From the NCBI RefSeq assembly GCF_030028105.1, contig NC_092374.1, forward strand, positions 90,238,491 to 90,302,490: a stretch of DNA of 64,000 nucleotides, read 5' to 3'. Of this stretch, positions 12,449 to 24,600 are shown in pieces. The notes beneath the pieces are model-generated. The model saw only the letters and a program-made list of their open reading frames with translations. It was not told where the DNA came from and did no database searches. Numbering within the stretch: position 1 is the first letter of the stretch; each line of letters begins with the position of its first letter. Source of the stretch: Mobula birostris (taxonomy: Eukaryota). The translations under genes were made by a program, and so were the position numbers.

Positions 12449-15270
12449 GCTGCCTTCTTCCACCTGACTAGATTTTCCACCTCACTTGTCACCCATGGTT
12501 CCTTCATCCTACCATTCTTTATCTTCCTCATCGGGACAAATCTATTCCTTACATCCCACAAGAGATCTCTAAACATCAACCACATGTCCATAGTACATTT
12601 CCCTGCAAAAACATCATCCCACAAAATTCACACCCGCAAGTTCTAGCCTTATAGCCTCAAAATTTGCCTTTCCCCAATTAAAAATTTTCCCGTCCTCTTT
12701 GATTCTGTCCTTTTCCATGATAATTATAAAGGCCAGGGAGCGGTGGTCACTGTTCCCCAGATGCTCACCCACTGAGAGATCTGTGACCTGACCTGGTTCA
12801 TTACCTAGTACTAGATCTAGTATGGCATTCCCCCTGGTCGGCCTGTCCACATACTGTGACAGGAATCCATCCTGGACACACTTAGCGAACTCTGCCCCAT
12901 CTGCCCCATCTAAACCCTTGGAACTAATCAGGTGCCAATCAATATTAGGGAAGTTAAAGTCACCCATGATAACAACCCTGTTATTTTTGCACCTTTCCAA
13001 AATCTGCCTCGCAATCTGCTCCTCTGTATCTCTGCTACTACCAGGGGGCCTAAAGAATACCCCCAGTAGAGTAACTGTTCCCTTCCTGTTCCTGACTTCC
13101 ACCCATATTGACTCAAAAGAGGATCCTGCTACATTACCCACTCTTTCTGTAGCTGTGATAGTATCCCTGACCAGTAATGCCACCCCTCCTCCCCTTTTTC
13201 CGCCCTCTCTATTCCTTTTAAAGCACTGAAATCCAGGAATATTGAGAATCCATTCCTGCCCTGGTGCCAGCCAAGTCTCTGTAATGGCCACTACATCATA
13301 ATTCCATGTATGTATCCAAGCTCTCAGTTCATCACCTTTGTTCCTGATGCTTCTTGCAGGTTTAGGAAGCAAGGATTAGATGGGTCTATTGAGGAATATA
13401 GGGAAGCAAGAAAGGAGCTTAAGAAGGGGCTGAGAAGAGCAAGAAGGGGGCATGAGAAGGCCTTGGCGAGTAGGGTAAAGGAAAACCCCAAGGCATTCTT
13501 CAATTATGTGAAGAAAAAAAAAGGATGACAGGAGTGAAGGTAGGACCGATTAGAGATAAAGGTGGGAAGATGTGTCTGGAGGCTGTGGAAGTGAGCGAGG
13601 TCCTCAATGAATACTTCTCTTTGGTATTCACCAATGAGAGTGAACTTGATGAAGGTGAGGACAATATGAGTGAGGTTGATGTTCTGGAGCATGTTGATAT
13701 TAAGGGAGAGGAGGTGTTGGAGTTGTTAAAATACATTAGGACAGATAAGTCCTCGGGGCCTGACGGAATATTCCCCAGGCTTCTCCACGAGGCGAAAGAA
13801 GAGATTGCTGAGCCTCTGGATAGGATCTTTATGTCCTCGTTGTCCACGGGAATGGTACCGGGAAGCGAATGTTGTTCCCTTGTTCAAAAAAGGTAGTAGG
13901 GATAGTCCGAGTAATTATATACCAGTGAGCCTTACGTCCGTGGTGGGAAAGCTGTTGGAAAAGGTTCTTTGAGATAGGATCTATAAGCATTTAGAGAATC
14001 ATGGTCTGATCAGGGACAGTCAGCATGGCTTTGTGAAGGGCAGATCGTGTCTAACAAGCCTGATAGAGTTCTTTGAGGAGGTGACTAGGCATATAGATGA
14101 GGGTAGTGCAGTGGATGTGATCTATATGGATTTTAGTAAGGCATTTGACAAGGTTCCATATGGTAGGCTTATTCAGAAAGTTAGAAGGCATGGGATCCAT
14201 GGAAGTTTGGCCAGGTGGACTCAGAATTGGCTTGCCTGCAGAAGGCAGAGGGTGGTAGTGGAGGGAGTACATTCAGATTGGAGGATTGTGACTAGTGGTG
14301 TCCCACAAGGATCTGTTCTGGGACCTCTACTTTTCGTGATTTTTATTAACTACCTGGATGTGGGGGTAGAAGGGTGGGTTGGCAAGTTTGCAGATGACAC
14401 AAATGTTGGTGGTGTTGTAGATAGTGTAGAGGATTGTCAAAGATTGCAAAGATACATTGATAGGATGCAGAAATGGGCTGAGAAGTGGCAGATGGAGTTC
14501 AACCCAGAGAAGTGTGAGGTGGTACACTTTGGAAGGACAAACTCCAAGGCAGAGTACAAAGTAAATGGCAGGATACTTGGTAGTGTGGAGGAGCAGAGGG
14601 ATCTCGGGGTACATGTCCACGGATCCCTGAAAGTTGCCTCACAGGTGGATAGGGTAGTGAAGAAAGCTTATGGGGTGTTAGCTTTCATAAGTCGAGGGAT
14701 AGAGTTTAAGAGTCGCGATGTAAAGATGCAGCTCTATAAAACTCTGGTTAGGCCACACTTGGAGTACTGTGTCCAGTTCTGGTCACCTCACTATAGGAAG
14801 GATGTGGAAACATTGTAAAGGGTACAGAGGAGATTTACCAGGATGCTGCCTCGTTTAGAAAGTATGCATTATGATCAGAGATTAAGGGAGCTCGGGTTTT
14901 ACTCTTTGGAGAGAAGGAGGACGAGAGGAGACATGATAGAGGTGTACAAGATAATAAGAGGAATAGATAGAGTGGATAGCCAGCGCCTCTTCCCCAGGGC
15001 ACCACTGCTCAATACAAGAGAACATGGCTCTAAGGTAAGGGGTGGGAAGTTCAAGGGGATATTAGAGGAAGGTTTTTTACTCAGAGAGTGGTTGGTGCGT
15101 GGAATGCACTGCCTGAGTCAGTGGTGGAGGCAGATACACTAGTGAAGTTTAAGAGACTACTAGACAGGTACATGGAGAAATCTAAGGTGGGGGCTTATAT
15201 GGGAGGCAGGGTTTGAGGGTCGGCACAACATTGTGGGCCAAAGGGCCTGTACTGTGCTGTACTATTCTGT
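12449..15270. mobile_element. CR1 LINE with 5' inversion (12449-13357 minus, 13358-15270 plus) and AAGCTTAT target-site duplication
   Basis: Endonuclease ORF 12614-13372 on minus; RT ORFs 13525-15142 on plus; aagcttat at 12441-12448 and 15271-15278. Confidence 0.88.
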
Positions 15271-16312
15271 AAGCTTATCATCCTTCATTTTTGTCATGAC
15301 TTTTTGGCAGCAGTGCAGTATAATACATAACATTACTACGGTACTGTGCAAAAGAACCAGGCACAATATTGTACACCGATTAGCGATGAGCAGAAGTAAG
15401 TGAGGAGCAATATCCTATACCCAACACAGTGGCGCTGTGAATATAGTTGTGAGCAGCCTTCCATACAACATTGAACAGATACTTAGTGGCCACCTTATTA
15501 GGTTCATCTGTACATCTGCTGGTTAATGCAAATATTTAATCAGTCAATTATGTAGCAGCAACTCAACACTTCAAAGTATGCAATAAATTTTAAGTTTACC
15601 TTTCACACTCCGAGCCTATGACCTCCAATGGGGAATCAGACAACAAAGGTATAAACTCCAGGCACCCAGGGATTAGATTCCAGCCTGTACCCAACCCTTG
15701 GGATCTCTTATTGACCTTACGAGTACCGCAAACACTCGAAAAACTGTGTGTGAGCGAGTGGTCGTGCGTGTGTAGATTCCAGTCTGTTACTATCCCTTCG
15801 GAATCTGTTATTCATTTATAAACACATTAAAACCTTTTACTGGATTCCAACCTATAACAAACCCCGGGAATCTGTTATTGACTAAAACTCAGTTCTCGCT
15901 CTGCCGCCCTTCGAGCTCTCTCTGCCCGTTCTGTCCTTGCCCTCTCCGATCAGTCATACAAACCGCATCGAATGGTCTCTCTCTAAAAACCCATTCACTT
16001 CAGCAACCCCCCCCCCAACTTTAACCCCGACTTTAGCAGCAGGCCTTTCCCGGATCTCCTGTTCCCCGTTTCTACTCTTCTTACCCGTTAGCAGAGGGAG
16101 CACTTGGAGTTGTTCCTAATCTCCGGTGAGGGTGCTATTCAAATGCAGGCATTTGTTCCTCCAAGCTGGGAAGGCACCAAAACGGGCTTCCTCTCTGAAT
16201 TGGAGAGATGGCGCTGCAGGGAGCCCTCCATAAACGGTGCCGAGTTTTCGGGGGGGGGCGGTGGTGAGGGGTGGGGACAGAGGTGGTACGTAATGAAGCT
16301 GGGTCTACTCAC

Positions 16313-16355
16313 CCACTGTCAACTGCACCAACACCAGACAGAGCGAAACGTCCAT
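16313..16355 (-). CDS. Gene B leader exon MDVSLCLVLVQLTV
   Basis: acaccATGG, 43 nt, donor G|GTGAGT; near-identical to the leaders at 262 and 35194. Confidence 0.72.
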
Positions 16356-16990
16356 GGTGTCTCCCCCACCAACGCTCCCTCTCTGTACCTGATCGCGTCC
16401 GTAGTTAACACTGACTATGACTCTCGACTGCCCTGTCACTGAATCACTGCTTCTACTTTCTTCAGTCCCTCGACTCCGCCTTCAGCTCTTGGGTTCCATC
16501 ACCTCTCGGGACATTTCCCTTGCTCCTGCCCCACCCGCCGGTCCCAACACGTGGGCCGTTTTGTGCGTCCAAAGTGGGGAGCGACGTGAATACTGCAGTG
16601 GAGTAGAGTTGATTAAGGGAGAGTCAGTGAAGGGGGGAAAGCGTTGGAGCAAGAGGAGAAAGTTGTGTTATTGAATAGTTCGAACGTTCTGAAGTCCAAA
16701 AGAGAAATTTTTCAAATTATTGGGTGAAAATTGATTAGTTAGTTAGTTGGCAGCAGCCAGAAACAGAAGTTAGGAGCCTGCAAACAGCCATTGATTCTTG
16801 CCAAATAATCGCTTAACATTAGGATATAAATGAGGATGTGCCTACGTGTGAGACAGCGATGAAATCCAGAATTAAAAAGTCTATTTGATCACTGTGGCAA
16901 CGAGGTTGGGATAAAGAAAACGAAGGACGGCATTTATATAAAATTCAAAGAATGGTGGGAATTCGAGTGGGAAGTTGGTATGCAAAGACA
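16356..16990 (-). promoter_or_regulatory. Conserved 5'UTR/promoter block, copy 2
   Basis: Paralogous to 263-990; shared core cagcagccagaaacagaagttaggagcctgcaaacagccattgattcttgccaaa. Confidence 0.5.
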
Positions 16991-17039
16991 TAATAAGTTA
17001 GATTGACATTGGACCTGCTCTTAAGTTGTCTATTTATTA

Positions 17040-20000
17040 AATAAATGGCAGACGGAATACAGTGTTTGGAAATGTATGATAATGTATTTTCGGAAAAGGA
17101 ACAATATTGCAGACTATTATCTAAATGGAGAGGAAACATCAGAGGTGCAAAGGGACTCGGGAGTCCTCATGCAAGACTCCCAGAAGGTTAATTCTGTGGT
17201 CAAAAACGCAAATGCAATGATGCCATTTATTTAAAGGGAAATAGAATATAAAACAAGGAGATAATCCTGAAACTTTATAAGACTATCTTAATAAGCCCGC
17301 ATTTGGAGTATTGTTAACAGTTTAGGGGTCCTTATCTCAGAGAGGCTGTATTGGAGAGAGTACAGAGGAGGTTCACGAGGATGATTCCAAGAATGAAGGG
17401 GGTTAACATATGAGGATCGTTTGGCAGCTTTGGACCTGTACTCACTGGAATTTAGAAGAATGCATTTGGATCTCATTGAAACCTACTGAATGTTGAAGGT
17501 CTAGATAATGTGAACGTGGAGAGGATGTTTGCTCTGGTAGAGGTATCCCGAACTAGAGGGCCCAGACTTAAAATTCAGTGGCAACCTTTTACAACAGAAG
17601 TAAGGAGGATTTATTTTTAGCCAAAGAGTGGAGAATCTGTGGAATACTCTGCCAAAGACTGTGGTGGAGGCCAAGTCCATGGGTATATTTAAAGTGGAAA
17701 TTGATATATTCCTGATTGGTCAGGGCATCAAGGGATATGGTGAGAGGCCAGGTGTATGGGGTTAAATGGGATCCTGGATCATCCAGGATGAAATGACAGA
17801 GTGGACTCAATGGAGTAAATGGCCTAACTCTGCTCCGATATCTTATGATTGTATGATACCAGCATCTGTATGAAGTGCACTGATCAAGAATTGCTGCCAC
17901 ATGTGTTGTCTGACTGTAGTTCCTAAGAGGAGCGAAGGAAACATAAAATTGCTAAATTGAATTCTTTGAGACAGATGGAGTATAACCTGGAAATTTTAAT
18001 AAGATATGACTCCTATTGTAATATGCATATGAATTTGTATTTGTCTTTTTGAAAAGCATTAAATTTTTGATATTATTTGAGATATTTTGGGGGGAGCTTA
18101 TAGTTCCTGTCTCTTTGCTTTACACTCTCATTCAGCAGGTGCCAGTAATGCACATTATGTTGGTCTGTCACTGCCATCTAACTTTACAAGATGAAGAAGA
18201 AAAAGAAGACACAACATTGTGGGACTGTGGAAGACACTACCAGTATGCTGGAATTTTAAGTGTCAGGAGCAGAGGTCGGTGAATTTGCCATTACTAGGGA
18301 GAAGTTTCTTGGGAAACTGAAAGTTCTGAAGTGAGATAAGTCACCTGTACCAGATGATCTTCACCCCACTGTTCTGAAAGAGTTGACTGAAGAGATTGCT
18401 GAGGCTTAGTAATGATCTTACAAGAATCAATGGACTCTGGCAAGGTTCCAGTGGACTGGAAATTTGCAAATATCTCTCCGTTCTTCAAGAAGGGAGAAAG
18501 ACAAAACAAAGAAAATTATTGGCAAGTTAGTCTGATTTCAGTGATTGGGAAGATGTTGGAGTCAATTATTGAAAATATGGTTTCAGGGAATTTGATGGCA
18601 CATGATGTAATAGTCCAAAGTTAGCATGGTTTTACTTCAGGGTAAATCTTGCCTGTTTGAATCCTTAGAGAAAATAACAAGCAAGATAAACAAAGGGGAA
18701 TCAATGGATATTGTGTAAATAGATTTTCAGAAGGTCTTTGACAAGGTGCCATACATGAGTTCACTTAACTATTTAAGAGCCGATGGTATTACAGGAAAGA
18801 TACTAGCATGGATAAAACATTGGCTGATGTGCCAAAGGCAAACATTGGGAATGAAAGGAGCCTTTTAGTTGGCTGCATGGAGACGAGTGGTGTTCCACAG
18901 GGGTCTGTGCTGCAACAAACTCTTTTTACACTAAACATCAATTATTTGGATGACTGAAATGATGACTTTGTGCCTAAGTTTGTTACAAAGACAGCTGAAG
19001 GGACAGGCAGATTTGAGGAAGCAGAGATGCTATGTCATTTTAGACAGACTAGGAGAATGGGCAAAGTAGTGGCTGATAGAATATGGTGTCAGGAAGTGTG
19101 TGGTCAAGCGCTTTGGTAGTATTGAGGATTATTGTTGAAGAACTTCTTGTGTGCACAGATACAATGAAAAACTGACTCACAGCCACATCACACACACATA
19201 GCATCAGATAAGCAGCATGCACAAGCAAAACATTTATTATACACAAATTATATACAATTCATTAGAAAGTGAAGTCCACTTCAGTGCAAAGTCACAGTTG
19301 TCAAATTGTTGCTGAGCTCCAGTGAGCGGGCTGTGTCGGTTGGTTCAGGAAACTACTGGTTGAACGGAAGTACGTCTTCTTTGACTCGGCTTCTGTGCGT
19401 CCTGTCTGTGAGCAGCTGGCATGCTCTGGGTGCTGCGCTATTCAATGATGGATGTTGCCTTCTTGAAGCGGCCCCTCCTGTAGACTTTACCGACGGTGCG
19501 TAGTGATGGGCCTGTGATGTACAGAATGACATCGCACGATAGACAGGTGGGGGGAGCGGAAGGAGGACAAGCTGGAAGGTGGAAGGTGAAGCAAGGTGTG
19601 TGGAAGGTAAAGGGCTGGAGAGGTAATAACCTGATATGAGAGGAGAACAGACCATGGGAGAAGGGGAAGGAGGAGGGGCACGGGGGGAATTGGTAAGCAG
19701 CGGAGTACAACGGGTAGGAGGCCACAGTAGGGAATAGAAGAGGGCAAAGGGAGAGAAAAAACTTACTAGAATGAGAAATCCTTCTCCATGACATCCAGTT
19801 AGAAGCTTCCTATTCAGAATATGAGATGTTGCTTCTCCATCCTGACTGTGGCCTCATCATAGCAAATGTGAAGACAATTGGAAGGGGAATGGGAATAGGA
19901 ATTTAAATGGTTAACCAGAGTGGAGTTGCTGGTGAAAATGGTCAGCAAATCTACCTCTGGTCTCAACACGATGTAGATGAGGTCACATCAAATAGAAGAG

Positions 20001-20465
20001 CCCAGCAAATTTGCAGGTGAAGTGTGGCCTCAACTGTAAGGACTATTGGAGGTGTAGCCAATGCTATAAACTCCAGACTAATGGCATGAACATTGATTTC
20101 TCCTTCCATTATTTTTCCTCCCCCTTCCTTCTATACCCCAATCTGGCCTCTTACCTCTTCTCCTCACCAGCACAATCACCTCCCTCTGGTGCACCCCTTC
20201 GTCACTATCCCTCATGGTCCACTCTCCTCTCCTATATCAGGTTCATTGTTCTCCAGCCCTAAAGGTTTTGCACCTGACTGGCTTCATTTATCACCTTCTA
20301 CCTGGTTCTCTTTGTCCTCCCCCACTTTTTATTCTAACACCATTCCCTTCCTCCCCAGTCCAGAAGAAGAGTTTCAGCCAGAAACAGTAACTGATTCATT
20401 TTGAATGATGCTGCTTGACTTGCAGAGCCTCTCCCGCATTGTGCACATGTCCCTTCGGAGTTCCA
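17040..20465. mobile_element. Shared intergenic scaffold of unit 2: CR1 fragments, spacer, Rex1 3' piece, Penelope-like piece
   Basis: Colinear with 4560-10205 and 37600-41780. Confidence 0.75.
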
Positions 20466-20749
20466 GCAACTTTAAAAACCCCTGTGTTTATGGCATTGAA
20501 TATATTAATAGTGCATCAACAAAACTAAAGAGAAAATGGTTCAAAATAGATGCCAACATCATTAAACAGTGTTGGTGATCCAAGCCATGAAAATATCCTG
20601 CATATTTGGAAGCTAGTTCTGGGGTTTTTCTTACACAGATAACAATGAGATGTTGCACAGAAACCATACACCTTTGGAAGAGATAGGATCACTAGGATGC
20701 TAAGATTGGCCTCTGTCCCTGCCGCCTCCATGTGTCACTGTGACATAAT

Positions 20750-21500
20750 CTCAATAGACAATAGACAATAGGTGCAGGAGTAGGCCATTTGGCCCTTCGA
20801 CCCAGCACCGCCATTTACTGTGATCATGGCTGATCATCCACAATCAGTATCCAGTTCCTGCCTTATCCCCATACCCTTTGATTCCGCTATCTTTAAGAGC
20901 TCTATCCATTTCTTTCTTGAAAGCATCCAGAGACTTGGCCTCCACAGCCTTCTGGGGCAGAGCATTCCATATATCCACCACTCTCTGGGTGAAAAAGTTT
21001 TTCCTCAACTCCGTTACGAATGGCCTACCCCTTATTCTTAAATTGTGGCCTCTGGTTCTGGACTCACCCATCAGCAGGAATATGCTTCCTGCCTCCAGCG
21101 TGTCCAATCCCTTAATAATCTCATATGTTTCAATAAGATCCCCTCTCAGCCTTCTAAATTCCAGACTATACAAGCCCAGTCGCTCCAATCTTTCGACATA
21201 TGACAGTCCCGCCATCCCGGGAATTAACCTTGTGAACCTGCGCTGCACTCCCTCAATAGCAAGAATGTCCTTCCTCAAATTTGGAGACAAAAACTGCACA
21301 CGGTACTCCAGGTGTGGTCTCACCAGCGCCCTGAACAGCTGCAGAAGGACCTCTTTGCTCTTATACTCAATTCCCCTTGTTATGAAGGCCAGCATGCCAT
21401 TAGCTTTCTTCACTGCCTGCTGTATTTGCATGCTTGCGTTCAGTGACTGATGTACAAGAACACCTAGATCTCATTGTGCTTCCCCTTTTCTTAACCCGAC
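20750..21500 (-). mobile_element. Young 5'-truncated CR1 in the predicted 3'UTR of gene A
   Basis: Open ORF 20844-21431 and (aatagac)n tail at 20751-20765; absent from the paralogous sites near 10495 and 42060. Confidence 0.88.
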
Positions 21501-21592
21501 TCACTTTGCATTGATGGGTGATCTTCTGTTTCACCTGGTGCCCGGACCAAGGTTAACCCATCTGACCCGACACTGTCTGGGAGAATTCATTC

Positions 21593-21645
21593 TCAGAGCT
21601 GGGTCTCCTGGACTGTCTCCTTCTTCACTCTCCGAGTGTAGGTTT
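21593..21645 (-). CDS. Terminal cytoplasmic exon, copy 2 (ETYTRRVKKETVQETQL*)
   Basis: Acceptor ccatctgcctgttctag, 53 nt; same length, frame and stop as the copies at 10539 and 42154. Confidence 0.72.
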
Positions 21646-24600
21646 CTAGAACAGGCAGATGGATTTTTAATTGTCAACTCAACCGGCAGAGATAGTGTGA
21701 CAGGTAGTCACGACATGTGCTTATCCAAGCAAGTGACAGCCAAAGAGTAGTGTGCAAAAGTCTTGGGCTCGTATCGGTACTGTAGCTTGGGTGCTTAAGA
21801 CTTTTGCATCGTGGAGCGTCGTAGGAGAGACACAGGATAGGTGGCAGAGAAGGAGCACTGGGGTAGCATTGCTGCAGATACACCCAGCCCTGAGACACCA
21901 GGCAAGGTCATTTGATTCCAAACAATTGTTCTATTGATTCTTTCTGCTGCTTCCTGCTCCCTCCCCTCTCCCTTCCCCTTTTCCCAACAATAATTCCCCT
22001 CTCCCTGCACCCTTCTGACTCTCGGTCCACATTAGAAACCGATAACAGAATCAGGCTTATCAACACTCACTTGTCATGAAATTTGTTTTTTTTTACACTG
22101 TAGAGTATAATACATAAAATTACTACAGTACTGTGCAAAAGTCTCAGGCACAATGCTGTACACCGATTGCTGACTAATGGACGGACGTGGGGAGCAATAG
22201 TCTATATCCATCACTGTGGTGCTGAGAATATGGTGCTCAGCAGCCCTCCATAGAAAAAGGAGCGGAGTCGTTGATTGGAGTCTGTGCAGACGTGACAGGA
22301 ACATTCCTGCACAGATTTGACAAAGATTTTTGATGAGAAACTCAGGCTCTACAAAGGAGAGGTATCACCTTGCCAAGCAGTCATCGTGGGCTTATTCCAT
22401 TCTAGATACGGGGTATATCTACAGAGCCAGTGTTCAGTCTGAGTGTCAGATGTGGGATTTCCAGGAGACTCCCAACCCTAACGCACCAGGTGCATGGAGA
22501 TGCAGCTCCTGAGAGATAGCGTTCAGGAACTGGAGCTGCGCCTTGATGACCTTTGCTTGTTAGGGAAAGTGAAGTAGTGATAGACAGGAGCTACAAGAGT
22601 GTAGTCATCCCAAGGCTACAAGGAGACAGATAAATGGGTGACTGTCAGGAGATGGAATGGGGAACATCAGATAGTGGAGAGCATCCCTGTAGTCATCCTC
22701 CTCCAAAATAAGTACTCTGTTTTGAAACATAGAAACATAGAAAATAGGTGCAGGAGTAGGCCATTCGGCCCTTCGAGCCTGCACCGCCATTCAGTATGAT
22801 CATGGCTGATCATCCAACTCAGAACCCTGCACCACCCTTCCCTCCATACCCCCTGATCCCCGTAGCCACAAGGGCCATATCTAACTCCCTCTTAAATATA
22901 GCCAATGAACTGGCCTCAACTGTTTCCTGTGGCAGAGAATTCCACAGATTCACCACTCTCTGTGTGAAGAAGTTTTTCCTAATCTCGGTCCTAAAAGGCT
23001 TCCCCTTTATCCTCAAACTGTGACCCCTCGTTCTGGACTTCCCCAACATCAGGAACAATCTTCCTGCATCTAGCCTGTCCAATCCCTTTAGGATTTTATA
23101 CGTTTCAATCAGATCCCCCCTCAATCTTCTAAATTCCAACGAGTATAAGCCTAGTTCATCCAGTCTTTCATCATATGAAAGTCCTGCCATCCCAGGAATC
23201 AATCTGGTGAACCCTCTTTGTACTCCCTCTATGGCAAAGATGTCTTTCCTCAGATTAGGGGGCCAAAACTGCACACAATACTCCAGGTGTGGTCTCACCA
23301 AGGCCTTGTACAACTGCAGTAGTACCTCCATGCTCCTGTACTCGAATCCTCTTGCTATAAATGCCAGCATACCATTCGCCTTTCTCACTGCCTGCTGTAC
23401 CTCCATGCCCACTTTCAATGACTGGTGTATAATGACACCCAGGTCTCGTTGCACCTCCCCTTTTCCTAATCGGCCACCATTCAGATAATAATCTGTTTTC
23501 CTGTTTTTGCCACCAAAGTGGATAACTTCACATTTATCCACATTAAATTGCATCTGCCATGAATTTGCCAACTCACCTAACCTATCCAAGTCACCCTGCA
23601 TCCTCTTAGCATCCTCCTCACAGCTAACACTGCCGCCCAACTTCGTGTCATCTGCAAACTTGGAGATGCTGCAGTTAATTCCCTCATCCAAGTCATTAAT
23701 ATATATTGTAAACAACTGGGGTCCCAGCACTGAGCCTTGCGGTACCCCACGAATCACTGCCTGCCATTCTGAAAAGGTCCCGTTTATTCCCACTCTTTGC
23801 TTCCTGTCTGCCAACCAGTTCTCTATCCACATCAATACCTTACCCCCAATACCGTGTGCTTTAAGTTTGCACTCTAATCTCCTGTGTGGGACCTTGTCAA
23901 AAGCCTTTTGAAAATCCAAATATACCACATCCACTGGTTCTCCCCTATCCACTCTACTAGTTACATCCTCAAAAAATTCTATGAGATTCGTCAGACATGA
24001 TTTTCCTTTCACAAATCCATGCTGACTTTGTCCGATGATATCACCGCTTTCCAAATGTGCTGTTATCACATCTTTGATAACTGACTCTAGCAGTTTCCCC
24101 ACCACTGATGTTAGGCTAACTGGTCTATAATTCCCTGGTTTCTCTTTCCCTCCTTTTTTAAAAAGTGGGGTTACATTAACCACCCTCCAATCCTCAGGAA
24201 CTAGTCCAGAATCTAAAGAGTTTTGAAAAATTATCACTAATGCATCCACTATTTCTTGGGCTACTTCCTTAAGCACCCTGGGATGCAGACCATCTGGCCC
24301 TGGGGATTTATCTGCCTTTAATCCCTTCAATTTACCTAACACCACTTCCCTACTAACATATATTTCCCTCAGTTCCTCCATCTCACTGGACCCTTTGTCC
24401 CCTACTATTTCCAGAAGATTATTTATGTCCTCCTTAGTGAAGACAGAACCAAAGTAATTATTCAATTGGTCTGCCATGTCCTTGCTCCCCATAATCAATT
24501 CACCTGTTTCTGTCTGTAGGGGACCTGCATTTGTCTTAACCAATCCTTTTCTTTTCACATATCTATAAAAGCTTTTACAGTCAGTTTTTATGTTCCCTGC

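Larger units (their letters stand above)
10539..16355 (-). pseudogene. Gene B: internally deleted paralog of gene A (leader plus last exon only)
   Basis: Intact leader at 16355-16313 and last exon at 10591-10539. No V or TM exon is recognisable between them; homology to gene A jumps from intron 1 (about 15735, equal to 34520) to the Tc1-like MITE of the last intron (about 15480, equal to 28700). Confidence 0.72.
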
